Sequence record: NC_070981.1
Strand: one strand, 5' to 3'
Origin: Escherichia phage EK010
Length of the DNA stretch: 64,000 nt
Both the position numbers and the translations under genes were made by a program. Of this stretch, positions 26,717 to 35,380 are shown piece after piece. The stretch's first letter is position 1, and each line of letters begins with the position of its first letter. The notes under the pieces were generated by a model. The model did no database searches and was not told the origin of the DNA. It saw nothing but the letters and a program-made list of their open reading frames with translations.

Positions 26717-28177
26717 ATGATTAAGATTCCATTATCTGAATTGAACCTTCAAGAAGGAGAAGCCCTCAGTGTAGGGCTTGACCTGATTCGTAATTTGATC
26801 AGAGATAACGTAGTCCCTGATGGTATCTATCCTGTTATTGCAGGTGGTGCTATCCGTGATACGTTCTTCCAAAATCGAACTCCGAATGATGTTGATATCT
26901 TCCTAGTTCAAGGAGGGCTTCGTTGGAACACTCGCCAGGAAAATAGCCCTGCTAACGTAGGTAATGCTGCACTGTTCCTTGACAACTTCTTATCTTGGAC
27001 AGAAAGTAAGGGGCTTCAGGTTACATCTCGCCTAGTTCAGCCTGTTAACGGGACAACCTATGCTGAAGCGCTTTTCACTTTCCAAGAGATTCTGGAAATT
27101 GAGATTGATCAAGTGAAGATTCAGATGATGATTAATCTCCCTCTGGATATGGATACTTTGAGTCGTCGCTTTCCTATGATCTGTCAAGGGTTTATGACTC
27201 TTGGTGATTTGTATGTGTCAAACGAAGGTTTGTTTGCAATGTCATACACTCGTGACATTCCTGTGGTATCTAGTCGTGAAATGAAGTATGTTCACAAGAA
27301 GTGGCCTGAAGCAACTGTTGCAGTTTATAGCAGTTCTACCGAATATATGCACCTTGCAATGGGAGCTTTCGGTGAGCCAGAAGTTCACCTGATTAGTGAT
27401 TTAGTTGGACCTATGGCTGGTGTAAATTTATATCAGAATCAGCGTCGTCATTATACCCTGAAGATGATGGAAACTATATTAAACATTCCTCAGGAAAGGG
27501 GTCGTAGCTATCTGGACGAGGAAGTTAACCTACAGACAGAATGGTCTAGTGGATTAACCACTATAGGTGCTGAAGCAATTACGCAGCCTTGGACTCCGGG
27601 AACTAACAGACGAGATCTTCAAGCTTTTAATGAAGAAACTTCTCGAACTGTTCGAGGAGGTGTTGTAGGGTATAACGTACAACCTCATGAAAGACCTCGT
27701 GACACTTTTACTGGCAGTTTTGGTAGTGCACACTCTTCTGGAATGGATACTCGTACATGGCATGTCCAAGGAGGAACTGCTCGTCCTATTCCTTCTCCGT
27801 CAATGGATGATTTGCAGCGTTCTCGTCGTTCATGGGAAACAGTAAGCTCTGTTGTTCAGGGTCTACGTGCTAGTGATGTAGAACGTGTAGAAGTTGGCGA
27901 TGTGCTGGAAGATGGATTGCTGGCGATAGCGGCTCGTGAAGCTGCTCGTACTGGCTTTGCATCTTTAGCTAATGATGCTAACGAAGCTCCTCGCCCTCGC
28001 CGTCGTAGCGGTTTAGCTCACTCTAACACTGAACTAGGTTCAGAACTCCGATCTGCTGCTCGTGAGCTATCTGGTGAGCTTCACAACAACCTAGCAGGTG
28101 TTACACTATCTCGTGAAACAGCTCGTAATATGATTAATAATTTGGCATCATCTGTACAAGGAAACAGAAACTCATGA
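26717..28177 (+). CDS. Pol-beta superfamily nucleotidyltransferase (tRNA-NT/poly(A) polymerase head-like) with R/S-rich C-terminal tail
   Basis: IAGGAIRDTFF...DVDIF matches GGxVRD...DxD head motif. Confidence 0.5.
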   Translation: MIKIPLSELNLQEGEALSVGLDLIRNLIRDNVVPDGIYPVIAGGAIRDTFFQNRTPNDVDIFLVQGGLRWNTRQENSPANVGNAALFLDNFLSWTESKGLQVTSRLVQPVNGTTYAEALFTFQEILEIEIDQVKIQMMINLPLDMDTLSRRFPMICQGFMTLGDLYVSNEGLFAMSYTRDIPVVSSREMKYVHKKWPEATVAVYSSSTEYMHLAMGAFGEPEVHLISDLVGPMAGVNLYQNQRRHYTLKMMETILNIPQERGRSYLDEEVNLQTEWSSGLTTIGAEAITQPWTPGTNRRDLQAFNEETSRTVRGGVVGYNVQPHERPRDTFTGSFGSAHSSGMDTRTWHVQGGTARPIPSPSMDDLQRSRRSWETVSSVVQGLRASDVERVEVGDVLEDGLLAIAAREAARTGFASLANDANEAPRPRRRSGLAHSNTELGSELRSAARELSGELHNNLAGVTLSRETARNMINNLASSVQGNRNS

Positions 28178-28707
28178 GTCTTTTAGGTTCTCAAGAATTA
28201 CACAGCGTTATTGATAGTGGCTTTTTAGATGCGGAGCATAAATATGTTAACGCTGCTAGTGTGGATATCCGTATTGGTGATACTATCCTTGTTGAAGAAC
28301 AGGCTGATGGTATTGTTGACATTGATGCTAAAGAAAACCTCAAGTGGAAAGAAGTGAAAATCCCTGAAGATGGCATTGTCATTACTCCGGGACAGTTCTT
28401 CTTAGCTCACTCTATGGAAGAATTTAACCTTCCAGATAACATCTCAAGCCTGTTTGTACTCCGCTCCTCGATGGCTCGTTGTGGTTTGAACCACCTACAT
28501 GCTGGTTGGGCTGATGCAGGGTTTAACAGCAGTAAGCTAACCTTTGAGTTCCATAACGTTACCCACAATCACAGCTTACGAGTTCGTGCTGGGATGCGTG
28601 TTGGTCAAATGGTTATGTTTGAACACTCTCACGCTGGTGATGATTCCTATGCAGTGAAGGGTCGTTACAATGGCAGCAATGGTGTAGTTGCTTCTAAAGG
28701 TGTATAA
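28174..28707 (+). CDS. dcd: dCTP deaminase family protein
   Basis: SSMARCGL...GWADAGF...LTFEFHN motifs of dCTP deaminase/dUTPase fold. Confidence 0.8.
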   Translation: MSLLGSQELHSVIDSGFLDAEHKYVNAASVDIRIGDTILVEEQADGIVDIDAKENLKWKEVKIPEDGIVITPGQFFLAHSMEEFNLPDNISSLFVLRSSMARCGLNHLHAGWADAGFNSSKLTFEFHNVTHNHSLRVRAGMRVGQMVMFEHSHAGDDSYAVKGRYNGSNGVVASKGV

Positions 28708-28923
28708 TTGATGGAGTTTGGAACAATGAAAAGACGTTGGGTAGTTCGTGTTCACTGGAGCAGTGGTGCAGAGTCAATGGGTATTAGAAACACCCGTCAA
28801 GAAGCTCGCGCTCATAAGAAGTTCTTGTTAAGTTGTGAAAGCACAATTAATAAGATCACTATCCACAAAGCTCAAGACTTTAAATCAGGTCGTTTCTATA
28901 TCAGCGGAAAGGTACATTACTAA
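28708..28923 (+). CDS. small protein, paralog family B (WxVxVxW ... TRQEAR ... KVHY)
   Basis: Track ORF; 4 paralogs in window. Confidence 0.5.
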   Translation: MMEFGTMKRRWVVRVHWSSGAESMGIRNTRQEARAHKKFLLSCESTINKITIHKAQDFKSGRFYISGKVHY

Positions 28924-29129
28924 TGGCTAGATTATGGGCAGTTCGCGTTAAATGGGCTAACAAAGACCTTGGTGGTGATTGTATTAAATTATTCGACACT
29001 CGACAAGAAGCTCGTCTTGCTAAGAAAGCTACAAAAGCTTTAGGTCTCGCTGAAAAAGTAGAGATTCATCGTTGGTTTCAAAATGACAATAACAGTGCAG
29101 GATCCTTGACTAGCAAGGTTCATTACTAG
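28923..29129 (+). CDS. small protein, paralog family B
   Basis: Track ORF. Confidence 0.5.
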   Translation: MARLWAVRVKWANKDLGGDCIKLFDTRQEARLAKKATKALGLAEKVEIHRWFQNDNNSAGSLTSKVHY

Positions 29130-29153
29130 TTGGTAGTAGATATGATAACTCTC

Positions 29154-29162
29154 AAATGTATA
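29154..29162 (+). promoter_or_regulatory. AAATGTATA motif (8/9 match to recurring TAATGTATA element)
   Basis: ~38 nt upstream of ATG 29200. Confidence 0.3.
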
Positions 29163-29199
29163 TACAGTATAAGAATATTGTATGAAACAGGAGAGAGTT

Positions 29200-29529
29200 A
29201 TGTTAGATTTGAGTAAAGTGGCCCCGCCATCTGAAGAGATTAGCAAAGCTAAAGTTATGCAGCAGTTCTATCATCGGGATATGCTTGGTCGTTATATCAA
29301 GAATCGTGATGTTGTTGCATGGTCTATTGGAAATCAAGGTTATCTTCTCAAAGTGTTGCAAGTTACTGGCTCAACAGCCAAGCGAGTCAAAGTCTATGAC
29401 CCTGAAATGGGGCGTTCTAAATCAGTAGACCCTCAGAATTGCATTGTTATCACACAACAGGTCATGGATAACATTGCTCGTAATGTAGCTAATTCAACTA
29501 ACTTAGAAGGGGATGCACCTAATGCATAA
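29200..29529 (+). CDS. hypothetical protein
   Basis: ATG with CAGGAGAGAG SD inside track ORF 29182-29529. Confidence 0.5.
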   Translation: MLDLSKVAPPSEEISKAKVMQQFYHRDMLGRYIKNRDVVAWSIGNQGYLLKVLQVTGSTAKRVKVYDPEMGRSKSVDPQNCIVITQQVMDNIARNVANSTNLEGDAPNA

Positions 29530-30088
29530 TAATGTCTTCGACTTACCTGAACTAACACGAGTGGGTTCTAGCAACCCATTCTCTACTACTGACTCTTCTA
29601 TTTCTCGTCTTGAGGGAATGAATAAACTGATTAGTGGTAACAGCTTAGAACACATCTTATGTGATGTGCAAGCTAACCTTGAACTTCTACACATCAAAGC
29701 AAAGAACTACCACTGGAACGTCTCTGGAGCTGGTTTCCAAGGTGTTCATGGTATGTTCGATGAACTAGAAGATTATGCTCGTGAGGCAGGCGACCGAATA
29801 GCAGAGCGTATGCGCTTCCATTGTGTTAAGGTGGATGCCACTGCCAGTAACTATTTAGGTCACGCTTGGTTCCGAGAAGGTAACGCTGATCTCGACATGG
29901 ACGGTATGCTTTCCGACATGTGCATGACTCTTATGTGTATCATTGAGAAGATGGATGAGTTTGATTCAGACTTGTGCACCTATCCAGTGGACCAGAGTAT
30001 GCTTCAAGAAATTAATGAAGGTCTTGGCAAGTTCTGTTACTTCGTCAAGAGCAACATGTCCCACTCCAGTGGTGATGTGTCTTACTAA
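29513..30088 (+). CDS. Dps-like ferritin-fold protein
   Basis: KNYHWNVSGAGFQGVHGMFDELEDYAREAGDRIAERM matches Dps ferroxidase-site region. Confidence 0.7.
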   Translation: MHLMHNNVFDLPELTRVGSSNPFSTTDSSISRLEGMNKLISGNSLEHILCDVQANLELLHIKAKNYHWNVSGAGFQGVHGMFDELEDYAREAGDRIAERMRFHCVKVDATASNYLGHAWFREGNADLDMDGMLSDMCMTLMCIIEKMDEFDSDLCTYPVDQSMLQEINEGLGKFCYFVKSNMSHSSGDVSY

Positions 30089-30152
30089 TCAAACCTCCGC
30101 CCTGTCTCGTTTGTTCAAGAGGTGGGGCGAACTTTTTTATAAGGATGTGAAT

Positions 30153-30332
30153 ATGTTTTCAGCAATCGTATGGTCTGTGTGGGCAATTCTTGTTGGCGGT
30201 ATCGTTTATCTGGCTCAGAAGCAGATGCTTAAAGAGAATCCGAATGATGCTAAAGCCATTAAACATGGCAGCATTGCTCTGGTAGTCTTCTCTGTTGTTA
30301 TTCCTTTCCTTCTTCACCTATGGACTGCATAA
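30153..30332 (+). CDS. small membrane protein (2 TM)
   Basis: ATG with AAGGA SD inside track ORF 29943-30332. Confidence 0.45.
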   Translation: MFSAIVWSVWAILVGGIVYLAQKQMLKENPNDAKAIKHGSIALVVFSVVIPFLLHLWTA

Positions 30333-30508
30333 TGAAATTAAACCTCCCTGAAGAGCTACAAGCACATGCTATTATTGTTAGTGGCTGTGTAATGGGTCTT
30401 GGTCAGACGAAGAAGATTGCCCATGATTTAGCAAAAGGGCAGTATAAATCTTTTATTGTTGTTCCTGCTACCCAACGTCATATCAATCTGTTTATTAACA
30501 AGGAATAG
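30332..30508 (+). CDS. hypothetical small protein
   Basis: TAATG overlap with upstream stop; track ORF 30320-30508. Confidence 0.4.
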   Translation: MKLNLPEELQAHAIIVSGCVMGLGQTKKIAHDLAKGQYKSFIVVPATQRHINLFINKE

Positions 30509-30509
30509 A

Positions 30510-30785
30510 ATGAGTAAAGTGATTAAGTTTTATAGTAACTCCTGTGCTCCGTGTGCAGCTATGGCTCCTGTGTTTAAGAAGGTTGTGGCTGACTATAACG
30601 TTGAAGTTGAAGAGGTAAACATCTCTGAAGGTGATGGTCGAGAGCGGGCCATTGAGTATGGTGTTCGCAGTATCCCAGCCTTCATAGTCCCTGATAATAA
30701 CAGTGGTGCTCACTATAGTTTGTCAGGTATGCAAACTGAATCTAATCTCCGTGCATTTTTAGACACGGCTCTGAAAGGTAAGTAA
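30510..30785 (+). CDS. thioredoxin-like protein (CxxC active site)
   Basis: FYSNSCAPCAAMAPVF; ATG with AAGGAA SD inside track ORF 30456-30785. Confidence 0.7.
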   Translation: MSKVIKFYSNSCAPCAAMAPVFKKVVADYNVEVEEVNISEGDGRERAIEYGVRSIPAFIVPDNNSGAHYSLSGMQTESNLRAFLDTALKGK

Positions 30786-30786
30786 T

Positions 30787-30999
30787 ATGTCCGAATGTAA
30801 ATGGGCTTTACAAGTAAATTGGGGTGGTAATAGAAGTGACATTGCCGCCACTATCTCGTTACAACGAACCCGTGAAGCTGCTCGTACACTTCGTCGTATG
30901 TTTATCAGTGGTGGTCAGAAACCATGTGATGTTAAAATCTACAAAGTTAAACATACCAACGGTGTTATGCAAATTGACACCAACGTAAATTATCGCTGA
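30787..30999 (+). CDS. small protein, paralog family B
   Basis: Track ORF. Confidence 0.5.
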   Translation: MSECKWALQVNWGGNRSDIAATISLQRTREAARTLRRMFISGGQKPCDVKIYKVKHTNGVMQIDTNVNYR

Positions 31000-31006
31000 G
31001 GCAGAT

Positions 31007-31222
31007 ATGGAAAAGAAACCTTGGGTTACTTTTTGGGTAGTTAAGTGGTTTAATTTTGATAGTACAATCCCTAGCTTCTCAACATACTCCACACGGAAAG
31101 AGGCTCGTCGGTTTAAGCGAGCTTTAAAAATTGCTAATACCGGTGCTTCTAAGATTACAATCCAGAAAGGGATTGAAACAGAAAGCGGAAGCAACATGGT
31201 TTATAAAAAGATTCACTATTAA
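31007..31222 (+). CDS. small protein, paralog family B
   Basis: Track ORF. Confidence 0.5.
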   Translation: MEKKPWVTFWVVKWFNFDSTIPSFSTYSTRKEARRFKRALKIANTGASKITIQKGIETESGSNMVYKKIHY

Positions 31223-31229
31223 GGAAGAA

Positions 31230-31697
31230 ATGATACAAGACGACTTGGAATACAACCCTAAGACTGGAGACTTCTTCTGGAAGAACACAAAAGGTCGAAG
31301 GGTTAAAGGAAATCAAGCTGGGTATGTATCTTCTCTAGGTTATCGTTACATTGAGCATGAAGGGAAAAGCTACAGAGCTTGTCGCCTTGCTTGGTTCTTT
31401 GTTCATGGAAAGTTTCCTGAGTTTGAAATTGACCACATCGACCAGAACAAACTTAATGACTCAATTGATAACCTAAGAGATGTGAATCCATCTACTAACT
31501 GCCATAACAGAAGGCAGTACGATGTTGATAACAAGATAGGAAATCTTCCTAGAGGTGTGTATCTTCGTAAGACAGCTTCTGGTGATAAATATCGAGCCAT
31601 TATCGGCGTCAAAGGTAAGAATATATACTTAGGGACTTTTGCTTCTTGTGAAGAGGCAGAAGAAGTTTACAACAAGGAGAAGTTGAAGTATGTCTGA
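31230..31697 (+). CDS. HNH homing endonuclease with AP2-like DNA-binding domain
   Basis: EIDHIDQNKLNDSIDNLRDVNPSTNCHNRR; paralog of 42035 gene. Confidence 0.8.
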   Translation: MIQDDLEYNPKTGDFFWKNTKGRRVKGNQAGYVSSLGYRYIEHEGKSYRACRLAWFFVHGKFPEFEIDHIDQNKLNDSIDNLRDVNPSTNCHNRRQYDVDNKIGNLPRGVYLRKTASGDKYRAIIGVKGKNIYLGTFASCEEAEEVYNKEKLKYV

Positions 31698-32340
31698 TTT
31701 TTTAAAAGCAACACTGGTAGAGCACATGGGTTCCGACAAATCTGTGGTCAATGCAGCAAGGGTTTCCTTTGGTGTGACACGAGATGGTGATCTGAACGAA
31801 CGTGACGAGCGGTTGATTAAATTCTTAGCTCGGGAACGTCATGTGACTCCTTTTCGACACCCTCAAATCACCTTTCGGTGTAAGGCTCCCATTGCAATTG
31901 CTAGACAACTCAATAAACACCAAGTTGGATTCTCATGGAACGAAATGTCCCGGCGGTATAAAGATGGAGCAGTTGAACTCTTCATCCCTAAAGAGATTTT
32001 TGAAAGACCTTCGGACCTCCATGCAGGTGCGGGGAATCTCCTTACCACAGGAGCACAAAACTCTGCACTAGTTCTGATTAATCGGGCATACGAAACAGCT
32101 CTTGAGTCGTATGATGAATTGATTAAGTTTATCGCTCCAGAGCAAGCTCGATTTGTTCTACCTCAAGGTATGATCACGGAGTGGGTGTGGACAGGTTCTT
32201 TATATGGCTGGTCAGAGTTATGTCGTCAGCGACTGTCCGACCATGCTCAGTATGAAGTACGAGTGTTCGCATCAACGGTCGATGAAGAGCTTCGTAAACT
32301 TTTCCCAATCTCATGGGATGCACTACGTGAAGCCCACTAA
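31690..32340 (+). CDS. thyX: ThyX-family (flavin-dependent thymidylate synthase) homolog with divergent active-site motif
   Basis: Aligns along its length with ThyX (AARVSF...TPF.H...KAPI..ARQ...S.NE.S.RY) but canonical RHR is K-H-Q here. Confidence 0.75.
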   Translation: MSDFLKATLVEHMGSDKSVVNAARVSFGVTRDGDLNERDERLIKFLARERHVTPFRHPQITFRCKAPIAIARQLNKHQVGFSWNEMSRRYKDGAVELFIPKEIFERPSDLHAGAGNLLTTGAQNSALVLINRAYETALESYDELIKFIAPEQARFVLPQGMITEWVWTGSLYGWSELCRQRLSDHAQYEVRVFASTVDEELRKLFPISWDALREAH

Positions 32341-32347
32341 AGTATGT

Positions 32348-32378
32348 AGCTTCTGTCAAAAGCAGAAGCTTCTTATCA
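32348..32378 (+). terminator. intrinsic terminator
   Basis: AGCTTCTG/CAGAAGCT perfect 8-bp stem, T-rich tail. Confidence 0.6.
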
Positions 32379-32511
32379 ATTTCAAGCTGAACGAGGAAAC
32401 AGGTTTGGGTCATGCTTTTTGTCATGATTGCAGGCACTACCTTGAACAGAAGCAACACATAAACTGGTTGCATTACTACCATCCAACAACATTCAAATTT
32501 AAGGTTGTTAA

Positions 32512-32715
32512 ATGAGAACATTGTGGACTCTTGACTGTCAAGATGATGAAGGAGAGCGTTGGACTTGGAAATATTTCCTAGATAAACCAACACCTGATAA
32601 CCCTGCTTTAGATTTTACTTCATATGAAGATGCTAAGAAGTTAGTAAACGGAGAAAAGGTTTGGTCTCCGGATGATGAAGTTCAATACTTTTTAACAGAA
32701 CGGAAATTTTCATAA
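32512..32715 (+). CDS. hypothetical protein (67 aa)
   Basis: Track ORF. Confidence 0.5.
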   Translation: MRTLWTLDCQDDEGERWTWKYFLDKPTPDNPALDFTSYEDAKKLVNGEKVWSPDDEVQYFLTERKFS

Positions 32716-33035
32716 TGATTGACAGTAATACATTTAGGACTGGTAACGGAAACGAGATTAGTCCTGCTGAAGTGATTAAACGACACAGAACGCAGATGCT
32801 TATCCATTCCTATCTGTATTATTGGTTGGATGACCCAATCTGGTCTGATGACAAATGGCAACAAGTGGCTGATGACTTAACCACTTTGCAAGAGATGTAT
32901 CCTGAGCCTATCGGATTCTTTGATTCAGAGTTCAATGGATGGAATGGCTCCACTGGTATGCATCTTCCTCATGACGAGCGTATAGCTTGTATGGCTACTG
33001 AAGTATACCGTTTACATAAGGACAAATCAATCTGA
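32715..33035 (+). CDS. hypothetical protein (106 aa)
   Basis: Track ORF. Confidence 0.5.
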   Translation: MIDSNTFRTGNGNEISPAEVIKRHRTQMLIHSYLYYWLDDPIWSDDKWQQVADDLTTLQEMYPEPIGFFDSEFNGWNGSTGMHLPHDERIACMATEVYRLHKDKSI

Positions 33036-33213
33036 AATGTTTTAAATGTGAATCAACTCTTCTCCATTTGGACTCGAAAGTAATACGGGAGCTTGCCAAA
33101 GGCTCCCCGACTAAAGGGAAGAATAAGAAGTTTGTCGAAATTAAGGTTATAGGTATCCATTGCTCAGAGTGTAAATCCTGTAGCTTCTTATATGAAGAAC
33201 ACGGAGGTAGGAA

Positions 33214-33951
33214 ATGAGTCGTAGAGAATCTCGGAAAGCATCACGGAGAGAATTACGTCGTGAAGCTCTCGTCACCAAGAAAGGAAAGCGGGAATTTGAA
33301 GAAGTAGTTCTTGCTAAGCCGGTAGTACCTCAGAACCAATTCCAGAGTGAGCTGCTTAATGCAATTAAAACCAAACAGGTTGTATTCACAGATGCTCCTG
33401 CTGGTTGTGGTAAGACCTTCGTAATCACTTCTACAGTGATTGATGCTCTGAAGAGTGGGAAGATTGAGAAGATTATCCTAAGCCGACCTGCTGTTGGTAT
33501 GGGTAATAGTCTTGGATTACTTCCCGGTGGACTTCGTGAGAAGTTTGAACCATACCTAATGCCAATCGTTGATGTTATTACTCAGCGCTACGGTAAAGGT
33601 TTCTACGAATGTCAAGTAGGTAATGGTAATATTGAGTTCGTACCTCTGGAATATCTACGTGGTCGCTCGTTCAACGATGCTATCGTGATTGTTGATGAGT
33701 TCCAGAACACTACTCCTGATGAAGCATATTCAATCATGACACGTCTTGGTGAAACCTCTCAGATGTTCTGCATGGGGGACACTAACCAGCACGACATGCG
33801 TGGTGAGAGCGGTCTTGATTGGGCTACTGATTTCATCTACCGTCACCAGTTATTTGAATTTGCCGCTCTAGTAGATGGCGAATCAGATGATATTGTTCGT
33901 TCAGGTTTCTGTAAAGCTATTGTTAAAGCAATGGAATCTGAAAAATCATAA
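33214..33951 (+). CDS. phoH: PhoH-like ATPase
   Basis: Walker A APAGCGKTF, Walker B-like IVIVDEFQN. Confidence 0.8.
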   Translation: MSRRESRKASRRELRREALVTKKGKREFEEVVLAKPVVPQNQFQSELLNAIKTKQVVFTDAPAGCGKTFVITSTVIDALKSGKIEKIILSRPAVGMGNSLGLLPGGLREKFEPYLMPIVDVITQRYGKGFYECQVGNGNIEFVPLEYLRGRSFNDAIVIVDEFQNTTPDEAYSIMTRLGETSQMFCMGDTNQHDMRGESGLDWATDFIYRHQLFEFAALVDGESDDIVRSGFCKAIVKAMESEKS

Positions 33952-33954
33952 ACA

Positions 33955-33963
33955 TAATGTATA
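33955..33963 (+). promoter_or_regulatory. TAATGTATA motif, candidate phage-sigma promoter element
   Basis: Exact 9-mer 33 nt upstream of ATG 33996. Confidence 0.4.
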
Positions 33964-33995
33964 CTCCTTAGTGTACACTGATATATTAAGGAGTT

Positions 33996-34319
33996 ATGAT
34001 GACCGATAAGGCGAAACGTGATTATGCACAAGAACGAAGAACTGCAATCGCAAGGGGTGAAACCGGCGTTGGTAGCAAGAGCGGAGATGCTCAGCGCCAC
34101 CGTGCACGTCGCATCGTTGAAAAGCGCGATGGAAAAGCTGCTGTCCGAGGTAAAGATGTTGGACATAAACGATCAATCAAGTCGGGAGGTTCTAATGCGT
34201 CAAGTAACTTACGTGTTGAATCAGTCTCTCGAAATCGCTCGAACGGCGGCAAAAGTGGAGATCGTGCTGGAAAATCAGCAGGAGGAGTCAAATCGAGAAA
34301 AGGCGCTCTAAGTCAATGA
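33996..34319 (+). CDS. highly basic Gly/Arg/Lys-rich protein
   Basis: Track ORF with AAGGAG SD; chosen over overlapping frame 34018-34311. Confidence 0.5.
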   Translation: MMTDKAKRDYAQERRTAIARGETGVGSKSGDAQRHRARRIVEKRDGKAAVRGKDVGHKRSIKSGGSNASSNLRVESVSRNRSNGGKSGDRAGKSAGGVKSRKGALSQ

Positions 34320-34810
34320 TTCCGATTTCCGACTACTTGTCATACGACCCGGATACTGGTTTATTGATTTTTACCGAATCTAGCTCTAAAGGTAAGAAAT
34401 GGAATAAATCACATCCGGGAAAAGTGGCAGGGGCTGTTGATGAAAAAGGATATATCAGAGTTTACTTTGAAGGGAGGAGATGGAAAGCTCACAGACTTAT
34501 AGCTTCTGTGCTCATACCTAACCCTGAAAATAAACCACAAATTAACCACATCAATGGTAACAAAAGTGATAATAGGTTAGAGAACCTAGAGTGGGTCACT
34601 GGTCATGAAAATATACAACATGCTTTTTCAACAGGTCTTAATGTTGGTAAAGAGAGGGATGCTAATGGAATGACTAAAATCAACACATTGGATGTGGAGA
34701 AGATCAAGAGTTTATATGTTAAAGGCTCTACCACTCACGGAACAAGAGCACTAGGTAAGATGTTTGGCGTAAGTCACACAGCTATCCGACATGCTTTAAG
34801 CTCAAGTTAA
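34316..34810 (+). CDS. HNH homing endonuclease
   Basis: INHINGNKSDNRLENLEWVTGHENIQHA. Confidence 0.8.
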   Translation: MIPISDYLSYDPDTGLLIFTESSSKGKKWNKSHPGKVAGAVDEKGYIRVYFEGRRWKAHRLIASVLIPNPENKPQINHINGNKSDNRLENLEWVTGHENIQHAFSTGLNVGKERDANGMTKINTLDVEKIKSLYVKGSTTHGTRALGKMFGVSHTAIRHALSSS

Positions 34811-34814
34811 TATA

Positions 34815-34845
34815 AGGCTACCCATTTCGGGTGGCCTTTTCTTTT
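34815..34845 (+). terminator. intrinsic terminator
   Basis: 9-bp stem AGGCTACCC/GGGTGGCCT (one G-U), TTTTCTTTT. Confidence 0.65.
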
Positions 34846-34866
34846 ATGTAACCTAAGGTAATAAAT

Positions 34867-35118
34867 ATGTCTAAAGTAACTTACATCACTGTAACTGATT
34901 TCCTCCCTTCTCTGAACACAACTGAGAGCTATACTTTTCCTGTAGAAAATGTTACAAGCTCTGTTGAGATGATTCAGTTTAACAAAACAACAGCTCGTAC
35001 TAATGTAGCCCTTCGTGGTCCTGATGGCAAGTTCATCTCCTTCCGTGATAAGGCTGTTCCTAAGTGTATTGCTAAGTCTATTGAAAATCTGAAACCTTTC
35101 CCTAACTTTGGTGCATAA
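34867..35118 (+). CDS. small protein, tandem paralog pair C (KTTARTNV ... DGKF ... NLKPFP)
   Basis: Track ORF. Confidence 0.55.
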   Translation: MSKVTYITVTDFLPSLNTTESYTFPVENVTSSVEMIQFNKTTARTNVALRGPDGKFISFRDKAVPKCIAKSIENLKPFPNFGA

Positions 35119-35377
35119 TATGAAGATTAGCTTAATCCAAATTCGTGATCATCTCTTTAATGGTGACGCTCAGACTCATGACTACAAGGTTAATCAAGGA
35201 CAACACCCTACCAACCATCTTATTGGAGGGATTTCTTTATTGCCTAATAAAACAGCACGGACTAATGTAATGATTCGTGGTAAGGATGGTAAATTCCTCT
35301 CTTATCGTGATCCTGAAATCTGTGCTGATGTTCGTACAGCCATGAACAACCTAAAACCATTCCCGACAGTGGAGTAA
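35108..35377 (+). CDS. small protein, tandem paralog pair C
   Basis: Track ORF. Confidence 0.55.
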   Translation: MVHNMKISLIQIRDHLFNGDAQTHDYKVNQGQHPTNHLIGGISLLPNKTARTNVMIRGKDGKFLSYRDPEICADVRTAMNNLKPFPTVE

Positions 35378-35380
35378 GTT

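Noticed and set aside
32204-32515. Track ORF with CxxC motifs overlapping the 3' end of thyX
   Set aside because: It has no in-frame ATG after the thyX stop, and the interval contains a perfect 8-bp terminator hairpin (32348-32378); more likely non-coding, although a small TTG-initiated Zn-ribbon peptide cannot be excluded.
32715-33035. Resemblance of the 106-aa protein (YLYYWLDDPIWSDDKW ... LQEMYPE) to the NAD-binding Ia domain of LigA-type DNA ligases
   Set aside because: Similarity rests on a short motif recalled from memory; there is no adenylation domain and the protein is too short, so this is left as hypothetical.
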